Shown: piece by piece, positions 29,816 to 39,957 of the stretch
Layout: the number at the start of each line of letters is the position of its first letter
Numbering within the stretch: the first letter of the stretch is position 1
DNA from: Planctomycetota bacterium
GTDB taxonomy: Bacteria > Planctomycetota > PLA2 > JAEUHO01
NCBI GenBank assembly: GCA_965222115.1
Contig: CBDCTJ010000007.1
Coordinates: 2,688,001 to 2,752,000 of the forward strand
DNA length: 64,000 nt
Direction: 5' to 3'
Position numbers and translations under genes: made by a program
Notes under the pieces: generated by a model
The model's input: the letters and a program-made list of their open reading frames with translations, nothing else
What the model was told of the DNA's origin: nothing
Databases searched by the model: none

Positions 29816-29912
29816 GTTCGGCCAACATACACAGTGGTCCTTGCTGCAGTGTTCTTTGCTGCACGCCTCTCTGCTGCATGTAGACCGTAACGGCGCGACG
29901 CCGCATCGGTCT

Positions 29913-31379
29913 CTATGCCGTCCCGTTGCGACCGTTCCCGTTGCTGCCTACAGGATAGGTGGAGCGTGAACTGCCGGGACCGCTGCGAGACGCGCTGCCC
30001 TTCTTGTCGCGCCGGCTTCCCAACAGGCCGTATTTGCGCATCTTATTGAAGAGTGTCGTGCGATTGATCATGAGTGCCGCTGCGGTCTCTTGGCGGTTCC
30101 AGCCGTGACTGCGAAGCGTGCGTTCAATGATCTCGCGTTCGGGAATCTCCAGCGCCTTGCGCAGGGGAAGCACTTGTCCCGGCTCCGGTGCACTTACCGA
30201 GTGCGTGAGGCCCGGAGGCAAGAACTTGGTGGTCAACACATCCCCTTTGCAGAGGATGACGCCGCGCTCGATCACGTTTTCGAGCTCGCGAATGTTGCCG
30301 GGCCAGTGGTGGGCTTGCAGCACCGTGAGCGCGCTGTCCTCAATCGTCTCCACGTTCTTCTCGTTTTCGCTGGCGAAGCGATCAAGAAAATGTGCGGCAA
30401 GCAAAGGAATGTCGGCGATACGCTCGCGAAGTGGCGGCAGGTGAATGGGAATGATGTTGATGCGATAGAAAAGATCCTGCCGGAAGCGCCCCTGCTCCAC
30501 CGCTTCCGACAAGTCTTCGTTCGTAGCAAGGATCAAACGCACATCTACGTTGACTGTGGTCTCACTGCCGACCGGCTCAAAGCTTCGTTCTTGAAGCACG
30601 CGCAGCAGTTTGACTTGTAGGGCTGGGCTCGCGGTTCCAATCTCATCCAGGAAGAGCGTGCCGCCATCCGCCGCTTGAAAGCGACCCACGCGCTCGCCCG
30701 ATGCACCGGTAAACGCGCCCTTGGCGTGGCCAAAGAGTTCACTTTCAAGAAGGCCTTCGGGCAGCGCGCCGCAGTTGATCTCGACAAACGGCTTGTCGGC
30801 GCGACCCGACGACTCATGAATGCGTCGCGCGACAAGCGACTTGCCTGTGCCGCTTTCGCCGGTGATCAATACGGTTGCGCGTGTGGGGGCCGCAGCGTCC
30901 ACTGTTTCAAACACGCGTAAGAACGCGGGGTCCTGACCTATAGGGTCACCGGGGCGTGAGCCGCGCTTCGCATCGGCAAGTTGCGCGCGCAAGTTGCGAT
31001 TCTCATTGCGCAGTCGCGTGGACTCAAGCGCGCGCTCCACAACCATCACCATTTCTTCGTCGAGCACCGGTTTGGTCACATAGTCAAACGCGCCTTCGCG
31101 CATGCCGCGGACCGCATTCTCAATGGTGCCGTAGCCCGTGACCAGAATCACTTCTGTATGTGGGCTTTGCCGCTTGACGCGCGCCAACAACTCAAAACCA
31201 TCGGCCCCCGGCATATTGATATCCGAGATAATGAGATCGAAGGGCTGCGCATCCAGCAACGTCATTGCTTCATCAACGCGCGCGGCGGCCTCCACTTCAT
31301 GGCCGTGTTTACGCAGGAGAATGCGTAGGGTGCGCGGTACAAGTGGATCGTCATCCACAATGAGAATGTGAGCCGTCAT
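29913..31379 (-). CDS. sigma-54-dependent NtrC-family response regulator
   Basis: REC domain, GESGTGKS, ESELFGH.KGAFTGA, WPGNIRELEN, Fis HTH. Confidence 0.96.
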   Translation of the reverse strand: MTAHILIVDDDPLVPRTLRILLRKHGHEVEAAARVDEAMTLLDAQPFDLIISDINMPGADGFELLARVKRQSPHTEVILVTGYGTIENAVRGMREGAFDYVTKPVLDEEMVMVVERALESTRLRNENRNLRAQLADAKRGSRPGDPIGQDPAFLRVFETVDAAAPTRATVLITGESGTGKSLVARRIHESSGRADKPFVEINCGALPEGLLESELFGHAKGAFTGASGERVGRFQAADGGTLFLDEIGTASPALQVKLLRVLQERSFEPVGSETTVNVDVRLILATNEDLSEAVEQGRFRQDLFYRINIIPIHLPPLRERIADIPLLAAHFLDRFASENEKNVETIEDSALTVLQAHHWPGNIRELENVIERGVILCKGDVLTTKFLPPGLTHSVSAPEPGQVLPLRKALEIPEREIIERTLRSHGWNRQETAAALMINRTTLFNKMRKYGLLGSRRDKKGSASRSGPGSSRSTYPVGSNGNGRNGTA

Positions 31380-32605
31380 TGTTCACGTTCCTTAGAGTTT
31401 GCAGGTTCTGCGTTCGTCGTGAGTCGCTCAGATGGGGGAGGAGGCGACGAAGGGTCCGCGCGATCCCTCGGCAGCACAATCCGCGCAACGGTGCCGCCAT
31501 CGCGGGGGCTCTCAACACTGAGGCTGCCCCCAAACTTCTCCACCAAACGAGCGGAAATCGGAAGACCGAGGCCCGTACCTTTGCCGGGTTCCTTGGTCGT
31601 ATAGAAAGGTTCGAAGATGCGTGCCAACACATCTTCAGAGATGCCAGTGCCGTGATCCACAACTTCAATATGGACCGCGGCGGCCTTCTTGAATGCACGC
31701 ACCAAAATCGCGTGGCCGTTGAGGTTGGCGTCATTGGCATTACGCATCAGATTGATGAGCACTTGGTGAATGCCCCGTGGCAATGTGAGTTCACTCACGC
31801 CCGGGTCGATCGACACCTCAATGGGTGAGGCATTGGTGCCCAGCGCCATGTTGACGGCCGCGACCGCACCTTGAATCACGGTATTCAAAGGCTCGGGTGT
31901 TTGTTCAATTGCGGCATTGCGAGAAAATTTCAGCAGACTCTGAACGATATTGGCCATACGCTGCAATCCCGCATGGGCCAAATCCAGGTACTCGGTAGCT
32001 TCCGGATCGTCCGCCACATGACTCTTGGTAAGTCGCACGCAGCGCAATGTGGCATCAAGGGGGTTGTTGAGCTCGTGAGCAACGCCCGCTGCCAACTTGC
32101 CAATCATGGCCAGCTTGTCTTTGACACGAAGTTGTTGACGCAGATCCAAGTTGCTACGTAGCGCCATATGGTGCTCGCGTGCTTTCTCAACCGTTGCCAA
32201 GATCTCGGTAGCGCGGCACGGCTTCGTGAGTACATCGAACGCCCCTGCGCGCATAAGCTCCACGGCTCGTTCCACGGTTCCGTAGCCGGTCAATACAATG
32301 CACACCGAGGCCGGCGAAATCTCGGCAATCTGTGTCACCAATTCGCTCCCACCCATCGGCGACATCTGCAGATCCGTCAACACCACTTCCGGCGGCTCTT
32401 CCCGCGCCGCATCCAACGCCGCCACGCCGTTGCTCACCGTCGTGACCGCATACCCCGCCATTTCGAGCACGCTTCGCAAGAAGTCGCGCACGATCTCCTT
32501 GTCATCCACGACCAACACCCGCGCCCCGTCCACAGGACGAGCGTCGGGCAGGGAAGCGCTGGAATTGGCGGGTTTGGGGTGGTTCATGATGAAAAAAGCG
32601 AACAT
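31376..32605 (-). CDS. hybrid histidine kinase (REC-HisKA-HATPase)
   Basis: VLVVDD, HELNNPL, NLMRNA, DHGTG, FEPFYTTK..GTGLGL. Confidence 0.93.
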   Translation of the reverse strand: MFAFFIMNHPKPANSSASLPDARPVDGARVLVVDDKEIVRDFLRSVLEMAGYAVTTVSNGVAALDAAREEPPEVVLTDLQMSPMGGSELVTQIAEISPASVCIVLTGYGTVERAVELMRAGAFDVLTKPCRATEILATVEKAREHHMALRSNLDLRQQLRVKDKLAMIGKLAAGVAHELNNPLDATLRCVRLTKSHVADDPEATEYLDLAHAGLQRMANIVQSLLKFSRNAAIEQTPEPLNTVIQGAVAAVNMALGTNASPIEVSIDPGVSELTLPRGIHQVLINLMRNANDANLNGHAILVRAFKKAAAVHIEVVDHGTGISEDVLARIFEPFYTTKEPGKGTGLGLPISARLVEKFGGSLSVESPRDGGTVARIVLPRDRADPSSPPPPSERLTTNAEPANSKEREQ

Positions 32606-32777
32606 GAACCTTTCGACCCCCCGCGTCGTGATCTTGAGACATTCGCGTTTCGTCCGCCAAACATCTGGGGGGGACGGACGTAGTTGGGGCCGCGGCGGTG
32701 TTCGCAGGATGGAAGGGCCCCGCGGTAGGCGAGCGTGAAGGCGGAGGTTGGCTAAATGGAGAGGTAGCCTCGACGAC

Positions 32778-33050
32778 ATGGCCACATTTCACTGCGAGCA
32801 GACCTTTACGATCCTTCCGGACCGCTTTGTGTTCGCCGGTCAGGTTCGCGCTGGGGTGATCGATGCGGGCATGTCCGTGAACGTTCCGCTCAATGGCAGC
32901 GTGGCCATTCGGTGCGAGGTCGTTGAGGTAGAGGTGATCAATGCGGTCGACTCTACAAAGATCGGCCTAGTTGTCCGGGTTACAGACAACGAAGAACTTG
33001 AGTTCATGCGTGCGCTGAACGTCTACGATGAATTCCTGGAAGTGGAGTAG
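32778..33050 (+). CDS. hypothetical beta-barrel-like small protein
   Basis: GAGG SD; 90 aa, acidic and beta-rich. Confidence 0.6.
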   Translation: MATFHCEQTFTILPDRFVFAGQVRAGVIDAGMSVNVPLNGSVAIRCEVVEVEVINAVDSTKIGLVVRVTDNEELEFMRALNVYDEFLEVE

Positions 33051-33134
33051 CGCGAGGGCTTGAAGTCGCACTTGCACCCTTGGCGCGCAGTTCCAGGAGA
33101 CGCGTAAACTCGAACCCGATTGCGGGTTCCATCA

Positions 33135-34511
33135 CTACCGCGCACGGCGCATCTTGATGTGTCGTCCGCCTGCAATCATCGTGACGTTGAACACGGTTGA
33201 CGTATCGGCCTCGTCCCAGCGTTCTAGTTGCTGGAGCGTGAGCACGCGTCGCATCCGCCGATGGCCTTCCTCGCGTATCTCGGCGAGCACATCTTTGTAG
33301 GTCGATGACGATCCTGGCATGCGCTGAGCCATCACGGCTTGCAACTCGCTTTCGAATTTCGTCCCTTTGTCACGGCCTTCGCGGGTAGTTGCCACCAAAT
33401 GATCTGCAACGTCTTGTTTGATTTCGTGTGGCGCCCGACCCGTGTGAGGTTCTGTCTTAAGTATCGCAAGAATCTCGTCCCGCACTTCATTCTGGATTCG
33501 TTGCATATCCTCGGCCTGATGCGGCTCCAACTTCAGGACTCTGACTGCATGGAGCACGTTCCAAATTCGTGTTTTGGTTTCCTTGGGTTCTTCTTCATCG
33601 ACAGTCTTTGGTTGCGATTCGGTCTCTGCTTCTTCATGCTCTTCTTTGTCTTCTTTAGCAGCGCTCGGTGCGGACTTGCCGGACGAGCGCAGCGCGGGAT
33701 TTGCCTGACTTGGCGTAAGCGGCTCGTTCCTCGGTGGTCCCAACATGGTGGGGGGCGACGCCTCGCGATCGGTATCCAGCGAAGCGTCCAGATGTTCAAG
33801 ATGAGATGCCTCGGTTGAGAGCGATTCTTGATAGTTGTCTTGGATCGCGTGCTCCGCGTCACGAGACGATATCTCTACATACGCGATGCTCCCGATGAGA
33901 AGGAGCAGAAGAGCGCCTCCGAGTGCTGCTGTCGACTTTGTCACTGCGATTCCTCCCGCGAGTTTTGGAAGTGCCCCCGTGAGTAGAGGTGCAATGGATG
34001 CCTGCCACGGCTTACGGTCCGCTTGGTGTTTGCGGTGCAATTCTGCGCGCACCAACGCGAGGCCCCGGTGCACATGCGATCGATGGGTGGCCCTGTTCAC
34101 GCCCAGCGCCTCGGCGGCCTGAGCGGGCTCGAGGCCGACGACGAACTGCAACACCAAGGCAGACCGATAGGGTTGGTCGATGGAGCGAACGACCTGAATC
34201 AGCGACTCAAGCGCATCCATCTGATCAAGTGCGATCTGGTCGGCTGACTTGCCTTCCGGTAGGGCGCAGTGCTCCTCGCGCTTCTTACGTCTTTGCTGAG
34301 ATCTGCGCCGCTCCCGAGCGACGTTGCGGGCAACCCCCGCCAGCCATGCGTCGCTGCGTTTGATCGTTTGTGGTGCATTCAAGACCCGGCACCAAGCATC
34401 CTGCGCCGCGTCGTCCGAGTCGTGCTCGTTCCCAAGCACAGCTCGCGCCAGGCATTTCATACGCAGGGTTGCAACCCGCAGGTCTCCGGCAGTGATCGCA
34501 TCGAGGTCCAT
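33135..34511 (-). CDS. ECF sigma factor with TM segment and C-terminal extension
   Basis: DDAAQDAW, AWLAGVARNVAR, region 4 AEALGV..RSHVHRGL; start approximate. Confidence 0.8.
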   Translation of the reverse strand: MDLDAITAGDLRVATLRMKCLARAVLGNEHDSDDAAQDAWCRVLNAPQTIKRSDAWLAGVARNVARERRRSQQRRKKREEHCALPEGKSADQIALDQMDALESLIQVVRSIDQPYRSALVLQFVVGLEPAQAAEALGVNRATHRSHVHRGLALVRAELHRKHQADRKPWQASIAPLLTGALPKLAGGIAVTKSTAALGGALLLLLIGSIAYVEISSRDAEHAIQDNYQESLSTEASHLEHLDASLDTDREASPPTMLGPPRNEPLTPSQANPALRSSGKSAPSAAKEDKEEHEEAETESQPKTVDEEEPKETKTRIWNVLHAVRVLKLEPHQAEDMQRIQNEVRDEILAILKTEPHTGRAPHEIKQDVADHLVATTREGRDKGTKFESELQAVMAQRMPGSSSTYKDVLAEIREEGHRRMRRVLTLQQLERWDEADTSTVFNVTMIAGGRHIKMRRAR

Positions 34512-34650
34512 CTCTATAGAGTAGTGGCCGCTGGATGGGAGGCTGTTGCGTGCAGGTGAAGTCTGGTTGACAACATTCGCAGGTTCTTTGGAACCTTCTT
34601 GATTCCGGTGGCGTCCGTACTCCTTCCCCATTTTTGAAGAGGACCCACCC

Positions 34651-35247
34651 ATGAGCACACAATCAGACGAATCAACGCAACGAAACGCATCAAACGGGGC
34701 ATCCGAGCCTGGGCCCGCCCAGGAGCATGGCCGCTCCCCACAACACGATCAACCGCCCGAAACCGTCACCGAGGCACCGCCCGAGATCATCGCGCTGATC
34801 GAGCGTCTTCAAAATAGTGAATACGTAAAGTCCCTTGAGCCACTCCAGCACTTTGTGAAGGGCCGTACAGTGATCAGCTCACAGGCCGCACGAGCCGGCT
34901 TCGTCCTCTTCCTAGACAACGACACCTGGGTCGCTGCAATCGCGAACGGTACTCGTCTCGAGCACGCCATGGGCACGCACGCCCCCGGAGCCGACGTCCT
35001 TGCGAGCCTCGGTAGTCCAGCATTTGGCGACGGTACGGCACCACAGTCGAGCGATGGCCCCTATGCCAACGAACTAAACGACATAACGGCCGAACTCAAG
35101 CGTGCCCACAACAAGGCGCTAAACGGATTGGCGATCGGAGAATCGTTATTCAACTTTGCCTTCGAGAACGGCTACGAGCTCGATGTTCATTTGACAACCA
35201 ACCAAGATGGCAAGCCCACGGTTCGCGTCTTTTGGGAGAGGTGGTAG
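34651..35247 (+). CDS. hypothetical protein
   Basis: AGGA SD; 198-aa ORF. Confidence 0.6.
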   Translation: MSTQSDESTQRNASNGASEPGPAQEHGRSPQHDQPPETVTEAPPEIIALIERLQNSEYVKSLEPLQHFVKGRTVISSQAARAGFVLFLDNDTWVAAIANGTRLEHAMGTHAPGADVLASLGSPAFGDGTAPQSSDGPYANELNDITAELKRAHNKALNGLAIGESLFNFAFENGYELDVHLTTNQDGKPTVRVFWERW

Positions 35248-35319
35248 GGGGTGTGACATGACTATCACGTCAACAGGCAGAGGATGGCATGCTGCATAGC
35301 GACCTTGATCGGAGCAGCT

Positions 35320-36321
35320 CTAGGTGAACACCGTGGGCTGATCCGTCTGGATGAATCGACCCAGATATACCAACGCGTCGTCCAATGTAACTTTCACGTC
35401 GTATTTATCGGCGGGCGGATTGAGCGTGATAACGTGAGGCGCAGCTTCTGCGTAGAATCCCTCAGTGCGTTTCACATCCTGATAACCACTTGCAAAACGT
35501 ACTTGAGTCTGCAACAAGAATGGCCCACGCCATTCGCGATCCTTCGTGTCTACGAAGAATCTTATGACAACATGGTCGGAAGCAAGATTGACCTGTTGAA
35601 CGAATGTCGCGCGCTTCCAAAACATGCGTGCCGGGCTCTCAAGACGCACTTTGGACATCCATCGATGCTCGGCAGGTCCATCCAAGAGATTCAGCAGCGT
35701 GTCTCGCTCTGCGGCCGAGCGGCACACGACCCAGCGTAAGTGCTTCAGATCGAGCTTGTCGGGAACGAGAACCTCCGAGTGCCTAGCATTCAGGATTTCG
35801 GCCCGATTGTGAGATCCAGGGCGCCCGACGCCAGAGTCGTGATACACCCATCGCCAGTTCATCGACTCCAGGAACGCGAGGCCAGATCCTCTCTCGGCAT
35901 ACTTCGTCATGCGCCCCTTCGTGAATACGACTCCACGCTGGCTCAAGATCTTCGGCGCCTGAAAGAGGAGATAGACGGGCACTGGCATATGCGCGCCACC
36001 CTGCACCATGGGACGCGGTCGAACACCTTCGTTCGCAAACTGAGTAGGCGCGCGCGGTCGAAAGTAGAGACGGACCCATCGGCGGTCCGCCTCATCTAGA
36101 TCTGCAACAAGACTTAGGTCGGCCGAGTCAACAGCGATGGTCCCAGCCAATTCCGCAGCTGCACGCGATAGAAGGCAGCCGGCGTTCAAAATTCTAGCGA
36201 TGTTTTCCACGTGGTCAGAGCGATAGACAAACATCGGCCACCAACGACGCGCCTTATCGAGAGATGCAATTGTTGGTAATCGGTCTACAAATGCTGCGGC
36301 TTCATCGGGCGTTAGGCTCAT
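35320..36321 (-). CDS. darT: DarT-like ssDNA ADP-ribosyltransferase toxin (DUF4433)
   Basis: HVENIARIL..LLSR, VRLYFRPRAPT, FTKG, RHSEVLVP (catalytic Glu). Confidence 0.8.
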   Translation of the reverse strand: MSLTPDEAAAFVDRLPTIASLDKARRWWPMFVYRSDHVENIARILNAGCLLSRAAAELAGTIAVDSADLSLVADLDEADRRWVRLYFRPRAPTQFANEGVRPRPMVQGGAHMPVPVYLLFQAPKILSQRGVVFTKGRMTKYAERGSGLAFLESMNWRWVYHDSGVGRPGSHNRAEILNARHSEVLVPDKLDLKHLRWVVCRSAAERDTLLNLLDGPAEHRWMSKVRLESPARMFWKRATFVQQVNLASDHVVIRFFVDTKDREWRGPFLLQTQVRFASGYQDVKRTEGFYAEAAPHVITLNPPADKYDVKVTLDDALVYLGRFIQTDQPTVFT

Positions 36322-36330
36322 TGCGGTGGA

Positions 36331-37227
36331 TCATTGGGTAGAAAACAGATCGGAGGACTCGTGTTGAAGTTGCGGCGCCCGAAACTGTAGGGCCTTAGCA
36401 GCATTACGCGACAGGCCCTCGTCACTCTTCGATACATGAACAACGCGTACGTATTTCAGTAACGCGAATATTGGCATGAGATATGAGACTCGCATATGGG
36501 CGGGCGCAATGTTTCGATACACAAACCCATGTTGGCGCAATTGCTGCCAGAACTCTAGGAGATCGTCTTCGCTGAATGAGTAGGTACGTCCGTTTGCGGT
36601 CACGCGAAGTGACGAGTCAGAAAATGCTGCACGAAAGATCCCTCCATTGGTTGTCTTCAGCGTAGGGTGTTTCGCCAACGCTCGACGTAGATCTCGAGAT
36701 ACTTCTTCATAAGCAAGAGAGCGCGGTTCAGACCGAAGCCAAGCGTCAATCGCTTGCTGATCCAAATGCTCAGGCGCGGACTCCTGAGGAAGGGCAGAGT
36801 GAATGAATACTGCGATCGGTAACCGCTTCAGGTACCTGTGCATGAGCGGCTCAACCTGCTCTCGATAGTTTAACTGACCATTTCCGCATCCCAGCGCAGG
36901 GAACGCTACGGAGTGAATACCCGCTTCCGCATACGTATCTGTAAACGTCTTGAGGCCAGCCTCGATGTACTCAAGGCGCGATGCTTGACGCCAGTGCTTC
37001 TTCGTTGGAAAGTTCAGAATCCACTTGTGCGCCGTCTTGTAGAGATGTAGTCCGCCAATCGTCAGCACGCCGCGTTCGCAGAGATCTTGGTACTCGCGAA
37101 ACATCTTGGGATATATTGCCTTGAATCGCTTCGCGATGCCCTTTCCCATGACCCCGACCGTGTTCACGGTGTTGACCAGGACTTGTGCGGGTGACTCGAA
37201 CAAGTCGCCTCTGACGTGGATCAACAT
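36331..37227 (-). CDS. darG: DarG-like macrodomain ADP-ribosylglycohydrolase antitoxin
   Basis: GDLFES..LVNTVNTVGVMGKGIA..FK..YP, NFPTKKHWR, PALGCGNG; AAGGA SD before ATG 37227. Confidence 0.88.
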   Translation of the reverse strand: MLIHVRGDLFESPAQVLVNTVNTVGVMGKGIAKRFKAIYPKMFREYQDLCERGVLTIGGLHLYKTAHKWILNFPTKKHWRQASRLEYIEAGLKTFTDTYAEAGIHSVAFPALGCGNGQLNYREQVEPLMHRYLKRLPIAVFIHSALPQESAPEHLDQQAIDAWLRSEPRSLAYEEVSRDLRRALAKHPTLKTTNGGIFRAAFSDSSLRVTANGRTYSFSEDDLLEFWQQLRQHGFVYRNIAPAHMRVSYLMPIFALLKYVRVVHVSKSDEGLSRNAAKALQFRAPQLQHESSDLFSTQ

Positions 37228-37517
37228 CGGTGTCTTCCTTGGAGCGGTCGTCAATCTCAGGGCGGTCCATGCTAACATAAACCTACTCCGGGGCAAGCTC
37301 CCATTTACCTCGGCTCTCAACCCATCGGGCAAGCACGCGCCGCCAGAACGTATTATACGAGTCTCTCTGAATGGTCCATCGTTCCTGATTGACGTGTGGA
37401 AGGCATATGAGAATCCGCGCACGTCCCAGTAGTCACGAGTTGGCAGGGAGTTCTCGTGAACAACTTCTCCAAGAAGGTCGGCTTCGTTTGGGGCGTGGCC
37501 GACCAACTGCGGGGGCG

Positions 37518-38303
37518 TCAGGCGAGCCTTACCAAGCGCGGCTTCGGCGGCGACAGATCCCGCACTCCTTCCAGGTGATTCACGAGCCATGCCTCTTGAA
37601 AGATGCCGCCCATGAGACTTGTTGCTTCGGCCAAAGTAGCCTCGGCCGGAGTGAAGGCTTGGTAGGTGTTCCGCACAAGCAAGATCAACGGCCCGGACCA
37701 AGGATACTGAGGTGCGCTCTTCGCCTTGGCATGCAAGCGCTCCAAGACAAGGGCGTCAAGTTGCTCATTCTTGATCTTCGTGTGCAGCGGCGATCGATCA
37801 ACATTGGCGCGAGTAGTCCACTTCTCTTTGTCGTTTATTCCAAATCGGAAGCGTGTGACGTTCCATTCCCAAATGCCATCTCTCAATCTAGCAATGAACG
37901 GGCCTGCGCCTCCCGCACGCAAGATCTCAGCGTCCAGCGCGGCAAAAAGTTCTTCCTGCCCACTCCTGCTCAAGTCGGGGAATCGCCCCGTTTGCAATTC
38001 GATATAGCCGCCTGGAGAGGCCGATCTTAGCCTCTCGACGAATCTCTGCCCCATCTGGCGCGTAGCTCGTTGAGCCGCGGCGTCCTCCGACAAAACGACG
38101 CGGGTGATCTCAGCCCCAACTTCAGTATTGTCACGTATTCGGCGTAGAACGGCATCCGGGCGTTCGCGAAATCGAATTTCGTCGTAAACGGCCTGGCCCA
38201 CCTCGTCCTCCAAGAAACGAAGGAAGAGTGCGAGCGTCTGGGACTCGTTGGTCGCTTTGTGTTCGTCGGAGAATCGTGCCATCGGTTTAGATCTTTCGAT
38301 CAT
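37518..38303 (-). CDS. hypothetical protein with PD-(D/E)XK-like motif
   Basis: RERPDAVL..VGAEIT. Confidence 0.55.
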   Translation of the reverse strand: MIERSKPMARFSDEHKATNESQTLALFLRFLEDEVGQAVYDEIRFRERPDAVLRRIRDNTEVGAEITRVVLSEDAAAQRATRQMGQRFVERLRSASPGGYIELQTGRFPDLSRSGQEELFAALDAEILRAGGAGPFIARLRDGIWEWNVTRFRFGINDKEKWTTRANVDRSPLHTKIKNEQLDALVLERLHAKAKSAPQYPWSGPLILLVRNTYQAFTPAEATLAEATSLMGGIFQEAWLVNHLEGVRDLSPPKPRLVRLA

Positions 38304-38509
38304 AGGGTATCCTATCGGATTTCCGGTTTACGGACGGACGAGGTCGTCGCTGCAGGGACAGTGAGTCGGTCGCAGATGCGCGTTATCCATGTGTAAAGAC
38401 CGCAAGCCGGCCGTCGCAGTTTGCCGCACCTGGGGAACTCGCTAGTTACGATCCTCCCACCCCAGTTCTGTGCATCTGGGGAGCAACTCGTGAGGGACAC
38501 ATTCGTTGG

Positions 38510-38625
38510 GCGAGGCGAAGAAGAACGTCTTTTCTTCGTTATTGAGACAAAGGGAGGGCTGTTTCCCAGTGCGCTTCGAGCAACAGAGACCGCAAAGATC
38601 AAGTGCGGAAAGGCATAATTCACAT
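38510..38625 (+). pseudogene. relic of type III restriction enzyme Res subunit C-terminus
   Basis: GEEERLFFVIETKGGLF..LRATETAKIKCGKA*F resembles the Res C-terminal RLYFVVETKG..LR..E..KI.CGK.HF, with a stop where His is expected. Confidence 0.7.
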
Positions 38626-38639
38626 AGGGCCGCTCGATT

Positions 38640-38667
38640 ATTGTATTACGTGTATTGTATTACGTGC
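38640..38667. repeat. 14-bp AT-rich tandem duplication
   Basis: attgtattacgtgt attgtattacgtgc. Confidence 0.8.
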
Positions 38668-38715
38668 GGACGGGTTTGCGCGTGTTAGGGAAGGTAGAGC
38701 ACTTGTTGCGTGCGC

Positions 38716-39288
38716 TCACTTTGTGCTTTCATCGCTAGTTGCGTGCTTGAGAGGAGCGATCTTACTCCAACTCGACAACTCATCACGATGCACGAGAGCG
38801 GCAACTGCGAGCAGCACACACATCGAACCGATCAGGTAAAAGCTCCACGATACGAGGTTGCGCATGCTCGATCTGGTGAATGACGACGGCGAAGTGAGAT
38901 CATCGGCCTTTCTCGCCTTGGCTGCTTCATCTATGGCGGACTTGTGACGTTCAGAGGTCACGATGCTCTTCAACGCGGATAGGACGATTCGCTCAGTCGC
39001 TCGGCGTGCGACCATCGACAGTCCAATGAGTTGCGTGCCTTGTCGCCGCAGCACATCTCCTGCTAGGAGGCCGCAGAGCCCAGCAAGTAGTAAGAGTGCT
39101 GCCACCCCGACGGCTCTACTTTGACCCGGTATCTCGCCGATCGACATCACGCCGACCGCGCCTGAGATCAAAATCACTAGCGCGGCACCGAAGTTCCGAC
39201 TCAGCTGCCAGTACACAGAATTTCGGTGTCGGACCTCCTCGCAATACTCCTTCCAGATCGTCACTGCGTCGTTAACATTCAATCTCAT
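38716..39288 (-). CDS. 3-TM membrane protein (defence-effector-like)
   Basis: WKEYCEEVRHRNSVYWQ followed by TM helices; GGAGG SD. Confidence 0.6.
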   Translation of the reverse strand: MRLNVNDAVTIWKEYCEEVRHRNSVYWQLSRNFGAALVILISGAVGVMSIGEIPGQSRAVGVAALLLLAGLCGLLAGDVLRRQGTQLIGLSMVARRATERIVLSALKSIVTSERHKSAIDEAAKARKADDLTSPSSFTRSSMRNLVSWSFYLIGSMCVLLAVAALVHRDELSSWSKIAPLKHATSDESTK

Positions 39289-39791
39289 TTGACAGGCCTC
39301 CGAGGAAATGCTGCGGAACACCAGAATATCGGCACCCCCTCGTCCTGCCGAATGCAGAGATACGGTGTATGAACAAATTCTACACACGAACGAGTGTTCG
39401 AGGCCTCACGTGCTGGGGTATCCGTGTGAACGTCGAGGTGATGCGAGGCCAGTACGCGCACTGGGTAGATCGATGGCCCTTGAACTGACGGAGACAATTC
39501 CGGTGCGACATACATGCTGGTTTCTGGAGTTGCCATACGACCGTTGATTCTGCACAACTCGACACGCTCACACCCGTTGACTTGCGTCGGATTTGGCCTG
39601 ATGAGGGCGTGCATTTACGCCTTGGTTGGCAGCGCATGGCCACCAGCGCTCGCGCTAGACGGGTTTCACGCAATGCTCATGACGCTTCGCCATCAGCGAT
39701 CTGCACTTTATACGATCACGTCTCAAATCGACGGGATGTAAACCGCACGCTGCATATGCGTGATTCCGCTTCCCGATGTTCGTGCGTTTCC

Positions 39792-39897
39792 ACCACCCCT
39801 GCGGGGTGGTCCCATGTTGGGGGTGTCTAAACCCAGCGTTCCGCGCCGCTGCGCTTGCGCTCCACACTGGGCTGTGATCCGTGGCCCCTTTGGGGCC
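39792..39897. repeat. REP-like palindromic element
   Basis: accacccc-tgc-ggggtggt; cccag..ctggg; ggcccc-ttt-ggggcc. Confidence 0.6.
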
Positions 39898-39957
39898 GTT
39901 GATCTTGACGTGGAACGTTGCCCGCGAGTCGGCACGGAGTAAAGAGGAAGCTCGGAT

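Noticed and set aside
37228-37701. N-terminal extension of DarG
   Set aside because: Overlaps the upstream gene; the SD and macrodomain start at 37227.
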